From IMG/VR virus record IMGVR_UViG_3300045988_137103: 64,000 nucleotides of DNA; one strand, written 5' to 3'. Shown here piece by piece: positions 10,001 to 19,000 of the stretch. The notes under the pieces were generated by a model. It ran no database searches, was not told the DNA's origin, and saw only the letters and a program-made list of their open reading frames with translations. Each line of letters begins with the position of its first letter. Position 1 is the first letter of the stretch. Origin of the DNA: a virus. The translations under genes and the position numbers were made by a program.

Positions 10001-13000
10001 GGTCGTTCAGTGGAGTGCGAGAAGTATGAAGGTAAGGATTGTAAGCAGCCTTAAGCGATTTACCATTACCCTTGTTTAGGGTAAACATACCCTTATCATC
10101 AGCAAGTTCTGGTCGCTCATCTGCCTGTTCCCACTTACCGAGTTCGATAGGTTCCACAAACTTGCCCTTCACCTTTGCAGCCATCGGTGGATAGAGTTTT
10201 CCATCTTCGCCTACCTGCATGGCACGATAAACCTTCACCGTGTCTTCTTTATCCAGCTTCTTGATGGTCTCAGGGTCTTTCACGATGCTATAGCTAGCAT
10301 CATTCCCATTCATCACAATCTGCTCGTCACGGTTCACGTCCTCAGTTTCAGATGCCAAGGAGTTTCTGCGCTCCTCGTCCGTCATACCCAAACGCTTCTC
10401 CACATTTCGAGATTCAACTTCACCAGCCAACTTTCTATATTCTTGGTAAGAATCAAAGTCTGTACGCTGGAACCTATCCAAACGGAAACGCTTAATGGCA
10501 TCATCCATACTTCTGTCTGCATAGCCACGTGCGAAGTAGTTGAATCCCTTAATTCGGGTTTCCTTGTCAGGAATGAACTCAGGCATATCCATGTCCTTAT
10601 ATTCCTGAATAAGGGCTTTCTCTACAGCAGATTGGTTATACTCACCACCCATTTCCTTGGCTTTCTCTTCCAATTCAAAGGCATAGGAACGTGCCTTCCA
10701 TTCAACCTTAGCAGCATTGAAATCCCTCTCCACCTGCTCGGGTGTGCCACCATGCGCAAACCCCTCTTCACGCTGAATTACGTGCTGAATTTCATGATTC
10801 AGAATGCTATTCAGATACTTTAATTCATCCGCATGAATGGTAATAGTCTTTGTTTGTGGATTGTATTCCCCATTTGAAGGCATGTCATTCATTACTGCAT
10901 CAGTATGGATTTTAATATTTTTCAACTGAGGATAAGCCTCAAAAAGCTTTGGTGCATCCACAGCATCTTCCAACTTACCATCAGTCCATAGCATATCCTC
11001 TTCGAAACGTTTAACGATGTTTCCACCACCTACATCGATGGTGTCCTTTATCTTGGCATCAGGCATTTCGTATCTCCACTTGCCATCCACGCCTTTCTCC
11101 CAACCTGTAGCCATCTTGATAACCTTGGCATCCTTCTTTGCCTCTTCCATCTGCTTAGCAACATCCAGATTATCCATGCGGATAGTTCGCTCATCAGCCT
11201 TATCAGCCTCAGCAGCTCCCTTTTCTCCAGCAAACATGAAGCGAATATCGCTCTTGCGAGAATTGAAACGCTTAGAAGGAGGAATAACGTCACCCTCATC
11301 ATCATAGGTAACAAGGTCGTTCAACTTTCTATTATTCTTGGCATTCTTGTATTTATACTCCTTGCCATCATCAAAGCCAAACTCGTTTGCGTCATTACCA
11401 TCCCACCACAGTTGAGTAGCCGGAACTTCGTCTTCAATGATACGATATTTGCCTTCCAGTCGGTTCGTTCCGTGCATTTCGGCATATTTCTTAGAAGGAG
11501 TAACCCAGTCACCATTACGCAACTTTCCTTCCTTCACAGAAGTAGGAACAGCACGATAAACCTTTACCTTAACATCCTTCTCGCCATTCTTAATGGCATC
11601 AATAGCCGTATTGATGGCTTTCACAGATTCCAATCCATGAGGAGTGTTCTGCGAATAACGCTCAGGGTGAGAGAAGTAATCATCAGGCTGAGGAGTGTAC
11701 CCCAAAGCCATATCCTCCAGGTTTACATCTGAGCCACTGGATTCCCAATCGTCACGTCTCGCCTTGTCGCTTTCATATCCAGGGTTTCTCGGTGCAGCCC
11801 ATGCACCTACGCCCTGATATGCGCTTTCGGTATCGTCATATCCCTTGCGTCTGGCAGCCTCATCAAGCATTTCCCTGGCTGTAGCATCATCACCCTTAGA
11901 AAGAGCATCCATATACTGCTTGTCAAGTTTATCATCAGGAATCAAAGAAAGTTCCTCCAAGTGCTTTTTGCGTTTGGCTTCCTCTTCCTCTGCTCTCTTT
12001 CTAGCAGCTTCCATAGCATTACGCTCTGCTTCAACCTGCTTTATTCGTTCCTCTATCATTGCATCAAGGTCACCAAAATTCTCCTTCAAGGCTTCATTTA
12101 TAGGTTTGGTGTACTTAACAACATCCTTAAATGAGAAAATGTTACCTTCATTTACCTGCATCAAGTGACGCTTAATATTGGCTCTGGCACGTGCAGCCTC
12201 AGCAGTAGAACCCTTCTTAACAGCATTGGCATACATTGCCACATCTGCCTCATCTACCCCAAATTGCTGAGATACAGCCTTAATTTTATCCTCCACAGAT
12301 AAATTTCCACCATTTTCCTTGGTGATTTCAAAGGAATTGCGTATCTTTGCATCGCTATGAGGATTCAGGACGCTATCCTTTCCGCTTGGGTTATTTGCGG
12401 ATGGAGTTAATGCCGAACCTTGATTCTCGCCCAAGGAATTAGAATCGCCTCTGAAACGATTCCATAGCATTTTTGATTCCGTTAATTCTTTCAACAATTT
12501 TGAAGGCTCTATTTGATGGGCACTGATTGAAACTTCATCCTCGCCTTGCTTTACGGTGATTGATTCAAAATTCAGAATCTTTGTTCCGTCTACTTTCTTG
12601 AAAGACTTTACAAACAGATACTTGGTCTGTCTTTCTGCACCTTCTTTAGGAGCAGGCTTCTCTAAGATAACATCTGGACGCTCCAAGGTAGGTTTCAATA
12701 GACCAAATCGTTTGATTCTGTCTTCTCTACCAGCCTTTTTATATTGGTTTTCACCTAACTTGATGCTACCTATTGGTGTATTGACACGACCATCCTTGCC
12801 GAAATCCTGTAACCAGTTATCCTCTGTATGTTCGAGGATTCTTTCAGGCTCGGCATTATCAGCCATCTGCTGGCGTAAAGACACAGCTTCGTCCTTGGTC
12901 ATTTGACCTTTCAGCACGTTACGTGGGTCCACACCATTAGCCAAGTCTCTCAGCACAAGGTTACGAATATCCTCCAAGGTCATTTTCTTGATGTCCTCAG

Positions 13001-16000
13001 GCTTCCACTTGGTGAAGGTCTCCAAAGTCCAATACCAGAACTTCTTCAACCACTCCTTCAACTTATTGATAACACTCAGTTCCTTAGCTGTATCAAGCGG
13101 ATTCTCCTTGATGGCATCCTTAGCCATCTGTTCAAGTATTGCTTCACCATCCTCACCAGTCAAACGAGCAAAAGCCTCATCGCAAATCTCGTCATCGCTC
13201 AGATGCTTATAGTTAGGATCCTTCTTCAAATCGGCAAATAGCTGGGTCTGCATGATGAGTTTATCACCATGCTCTATAAGTTCCGGATTCATGTTTTTGG
13301 CAGCAGTACGCCAAAGATGTTGATACTCATGAATAGGAGTATTAGGATTCAGATGCTCCGCGTTCAGCACAATCTGCTTGCCATCAGTGTAGCCATAAAC
13401 CACACCCTTTCCCTTCAAATACTGCACTCCAGGCTCAGCAACAGCCTTCAACTGATTATCTAACTCAACATACTTATGGAACAAGTCATCAAGTGTATCT
13501 TGATACTTTTCAAAGGATTTATCCCTGTAGTCAGTCCAAACATCATCTGGAATATCGTTCTCAGAAGATAAACCGTGTTGGTCCATATAGTCCTGCATTA
13601 ACTGATTTTGATACTCTGCTCGCTCTTTCTTCTTGGCATTATAGGAATCCTCGGTTTCTTTAATCTGCTTCTCTAACTCGATTCTCTTATTGAGCAGAGA
13701 TTCAGCCTTGTAAGGGTCAAACTCACTAGGAACATCACCCTTCACGTCCTTGATCTGCTCCTCAAAAGGCTTATTCAGATTAAATGCCTTGTAGTTTCCT
13801 ATCTTCCAGGCATTGGTATAGTACTTGCGCCACTTCTCCGCTAAGTCCTTCTTTTCAAAGTACTGAGGAGGTTGGTTCGGATTATCCATATTGACGATGG
13901 CATACTGCTTAAATTTGTCCGGTCTGTTCTTTGCAGCCCAGTCATAAGCTGCCTTGGCCGCCTCCTTCTGCTCAGGAGTCTTGATATAGAAGCGCAAACG
14001 AGGATCATTCAAAAGCATTTCGACTGCCAAATTATCCTGCGCCTCAGCCACCTTCTCCATATCCTCATTGCTAACAACCTTCACAGGGATGCCAGCCTTC
14101 TTAAGCATAGTAGATACAGTATCATAAGCCACCTTCTGCGCCTCCGTCATTTCCGAAGGCTTCACCTCCTTCACATCGCGGTCAAATTTCGCCTGTTCCT
14201 TCTGTACCATAGCATACTCCGCAAAAGGCTTAGTCTTGCGGTCAGAAGACTCCAGCCACTTATCAAAGGTAGTCTTAGGTACAGAAGTAACCTTACCAAG
14301 TCCCTTCCAGCCCTTGGAGTAGTTGGCAAGATAAGCCTCTGTAGCTGCCTCTTCAGAAGGATAGCCATACATCACCTTATGCTCGTCAAACTCACCAGTC
14401 TCTGGGTTCACTTGGTCAACAACATAAACGTTACCATCAAAAGTATCAAGGTCAGCTGCATCATTGATGAACATATCAATATGATCACCATCAACGCCAA
14501 TTTTACCAAGGATATAGCCGTAAGTATCGTGCATGGTCACACTCCAAGGCTTGCCCTGCTCGTCCTTACCGCTTCGAGTCACGCCCTTTGGTGTTTCTAC
14601 GGTATAATCGTAGCCACCAAAGGACAAATGACCCTTTTTGTAGTTACCAGCCTTCTTCTGAGCCTCTGTAGGTTCGGTCTCAGTTTCGGCAATGGCACTC
14701 TTTAAACGTTCTCCGAAGGATGCTTCTTGCGGTAGATGTGAGCCTCGAACAGCTGAGCCTTCGCCAGGTTCCATGCTGCCAGTCTCTTGTCGCCCTTTGC
14801 GTCCGCTATCAGAGCCTTCTCCAATCTCGGACTCAGAAGATGCTTCTCCGTTACCAACTTCTTCGCCTTGGCTATTTCCTTCATCAACTCCTCTCCGTGA
14901 AGAGTCGCTACCCAGGCTACTGCCTCCTCCATATCCTTCTTCATTGCTTCTGTCATCATAATCTGCTAATTCTGGTAAAATTGATTTGACATATTGTTTG
15001 TACTCTCGTTCACGATCCTCAATCTCCATCATACGGTCAAATTCAAGTCCATTGATGTGATCAAGTTCGCTTTCAGGCGGCAAAGATAACTCTTTTTCGT
15101 GAATATACGATTTATATTTCTCAATTTCTGCCTGTCTTTCGATAATTTCTCGCTCTTTCTGTGCTTCGTAATACTCTTCCTCGCTTGAAAGTTCATCTTC
15201 TGCAGCTGCTATGCGGTTCATCAGAGCCACATTTCTCATTTCCTTCACACAGTCATAAGACTTGAACATATCAAGAAGGGTATTACGAACATCTTGATCG
15301 GTATATCCCATATCCTGCAAGTTTACAGGAAGGTCATTATATACTCTCACAGCAAATTCGTTAACCGACATACCGGTTCCTTTCTTTGCAATAAGATAAT
15401 TGAACTTATTAGAATCATACCCCTTGCCAATACCAAACTTAAAATTGCTCTTGCCCAACTCATATTGAAGAGATTCTGGATTCAAGCTATGAGGAAGCAA
15501 AGACTCTGATACAGCCTCTTCGAGAGTCTGAGGAGTTAAGTCCATCACATCAACGGAAGCATCCTTATATATTTCATGGATAGCTTTCATATCGTTCTTC
15601 TTCAGCGCATCAGCCACCAATGCCTTGCGTTGCTCTGAAGGTGTCATGCCCAGTTTCTCCATTTCCTGCTTGCTAACTTCCGTTTTGTAGAGTCTGCTGA
15701 GTTTATTAGCCTGAGCCTTCAAACCCTTGGCAGCAACAGACAAATTAGTCTGCAGGGCCTCCAGTTGAGCCTTTGTAGTATTCAATTCCATAAGTTGGCT
15801 AGGGTCCAGCTCTGTTTCACCATTGATATACTGATCCAGCATATCATTCACACCATTTATCTTGCGCTCCACATCCTCCTGGGTATGATAGATGTCCTTG
15901 CGCTGAGAGGTAATATAGTCGGTAGCCTCATCCATAGTTGGATATTGCTTCTTCAATTCTTTATCATCAAGTACGAGCACATGGAAATCATCAGATGGCA

Positions 16001-19000
16001 CGATGGCTGATTCATCAACACCAGCCTTCTCTACCTCAGCCTTGCGCTCCTCCTTCATAGCTTTCACCTCATCAGGAGTCATCACACTGTTGCGGATAGT
16101 ATTCCAGTTCTTGAAACGAGCATCAAGATCTGCAATCTGCTCATTAACCAGACTCAACTCATCCTCCACCTTCTTAGCTTTTTCCGGGTCAAGATCGGAA
16201 TTGGTATCAAGCCAGTTCTGATATTCAATAGCAGCCTTTCTCTTGTTGGCAAGTTGCGTTTTGATGTCATCACGGCTGCCATTAACCAGATTCAAAAGTT
16301 TGCCATGGTCTTCCCCAAACTGCTCCTGAAGATACTCAGCCGCCACATTTGGATCTGTATCTTTAGAAGAATAGTCCGGCTGGCCCTCGCTCAGTCCCAC
16401 GATGCCATTGGCATAACGCTGTTTCTTATCAGCCTCAGCCTGAGAAACTGCTTTCTGCTCACGTTCATCGTCCTCGGCATCCAAATGCTCATTGATTGTG
16501 TTGTCGAGCGCATTCTTGCGCCATGCTGCAAACTCTTCTTTAGATAGGGGAAGATAATCTTTGCCATCAGTAAGTACAATCTTTCCGTCCTTGCTATATC
16601 CGGCAAAGGTCATATTGATATTAGCATCACCCTCCTCCATGGCAACTGTAACCTGGTCATTCGGCTTCAAACCGCTGCCATCAAACTGACTAATAAACTG
16701 CTGCGCTCTTGCATCCTTCTGCTGAGCCACCGCATTTTCGATGTATTCATCAAGAGAAACAGGAGTGCCTACCTCTTTAATCTCGGCATTAGATACCTGC
16801 TTAATCATAGGCTGTCCCTGCTCATCAGGAACGACAACAAAGGCTCCACCATATTCGTTAGCCTTCTTCAGGAAGACCTGTTTTCCGCTATCCAGAGTAG
16901 CTGACACGATGTTTCCGTCTTCCGTCTGGTATGGCCAGAGTTGCTGCTTCAACGCCTCACCATAGCCATCATCAGCATGCTGCAGAGCATCAATAGCACC
17001 CTTCTTGGCATCCATAGCCTCCACATACTTACTGATAGCCTCTTTCTGTGCCGGGGTCAGACTGGCACGCTGAGCCACAAACTGCTCCATATCTCTACCC
17101 TCATTATAGGCATTGGCTACAATATCAGGCATCTTCTCGTTATCAGCAAACGCTCGCTTCAAACGTCCTGTAGCTAAATCACTATTATAGTCGATAGCCT
17201 GCAAAGCCTCAGAATCCCCATTCTTATAGGCATTCTGTCCCATAACAAAAGCATCAGAGCTTGCAACCTTAGGCTCATTTCCTGCACCCTCAGCAGCAGA
17301 GTTTGCAGGGTTTGCAGCAACTTCTGCATCACTCGGAGTTGGTACGGAGTTGGTACGGTCTTGATATGGAGCAGGTTCCTCTGAAACTGGAGGCTCCTGA
17401 CCACTAGCAGAACCCTCTACAGAAGCAGGTCCCTCAACAGGAGTAGGTGGTTTTGCGCCATCAACATCGCCCTGCTCTATACGTTTTTTATCATCCTCTA
17501 TCTGCTTCATTTCACGTTTCAGTTCAATGGAATTGTAAAGCTCCTTAAGATAAGACTCAACCAAAGGCGCATATTTCTTATCTTTCGACTCCAAAGCCTT
17601 ACGAAGTGTACCGCGCGCCACGCCATGGGAATCCTCAAACGTGTTGACAAACTCCCTCATCACAGAACTATTCTCCAGAGCACTGTCATAATAATGACGG
17701 TAGGCGTTAACCTGCTTCTGCTCCTCATCAGTAAGGATTACACCCTTCTGCTGCTTATCCATGATCTCCTTGATGGCACCAGCATTCTGATGAAGATAAA
17801 CCGCTGCCTTATCCTCATCTGTCAATTTCTCACCCATATTATATTTCTGGGCTGCCTTGTTGTATAAGCCATCAAGATGCTCCTGCGTAAACTCATTGTG
17901 GAACTCACCTTCCAGCACAGAAGCCAAACCAAGAGTCTTATCATACTCCAGTTTCTTATCTGCTTTCTGAGCCTCATCAAGAGAAGAATACTCCTTTCTG
18001 TCAACAACACCGCCATCCTTGTTCAAAGTTTCGAGATAAACCTTGCCACCATTATCCATTGGTTGCACGATGATGGAATCTACAATAGGCGAGAAAGAAG
18101 AAGGTCGTTTGCCTTCTACAACTGCCATCATCTTAGCCTTCAACACCTCCGGAACACTCTTGTCGTTCATCAGGTCCATATACTTCTGGGTTAACTGCCC
18201 ATCAAGTCGCTGAGCATTCTCACCAACCATAGCATACTCCCCGATGCCCATCTTCTCAAAAGCATCACGAAGACCATCATAGCCGAATCTCTTCAACTCG
18301 GCAATATCCTGATCAGTGAAATCAAACTTCTTGTTAAACTCCCTTGCATCCTTGAATCGGGCATACTTGCCCACAAAACCAGGGAAACCAATAGACAAAA
18401 GATTAGCACCACTCTCCAAGAAAGTTTCAGCAGCATCCTTGCCAGTAGGCTTGAAATTCGGGTCGTGCGCCATACGCTCCAACAACTGCTGACCGGTCAT
18501 AATACCGGAATCCACAACCTTACCACCAATATCAGCCAGAATATTGGTAGCTAAGCCTCTGCCTTTACCTACCATGTTAGCGATTGTTCCACCCTGCATG
18601 ATAGCACCTACGGCACTCTGTTTAGCCACTTCGCCCAAAGTGTTGGCAATAACCTTACCCACGGAAGGATTGTAAATCTTGCCATTCTCATCGAACTGAC
18701 CTGTACGATAAATCTCATCAATAGGCTTCGAGATTGCAGACTGACCACCAAAGGTAACAGCACCATGCGCGGCTCCACCCTTCAAAGCCGCGGCCTTGCT
18801 CTTGCCGATAAGCACCTTGGCAGCTCGCTCAGCCATCTTGCGCTCCATACCCTTAGCCATGAGGTCACCAGCCAGTTTACCCTCTGCCTTGGCTACCATG
18901 CTCTTAGTCAACTTGCCACCTGCGGCTCCCGGCAGCCAATAACTCCAGGCATCACCTGCAAAGGTCAGAGCACCACTAGCTACGTTTTCCCAGAAGCCCG

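Noticed and set aside
11330-11600. An ADP-ribosyltransferase domain call within the giant protein (VKVYRAVP...WVTPS...NEFGF as an R-S-E triad).
   Set aside because: The three short motifs are compatible with an ART fold but far from diagnostic without a profile search. The possibility is mentioned in the giant-protein finding and not annotated as a feature.
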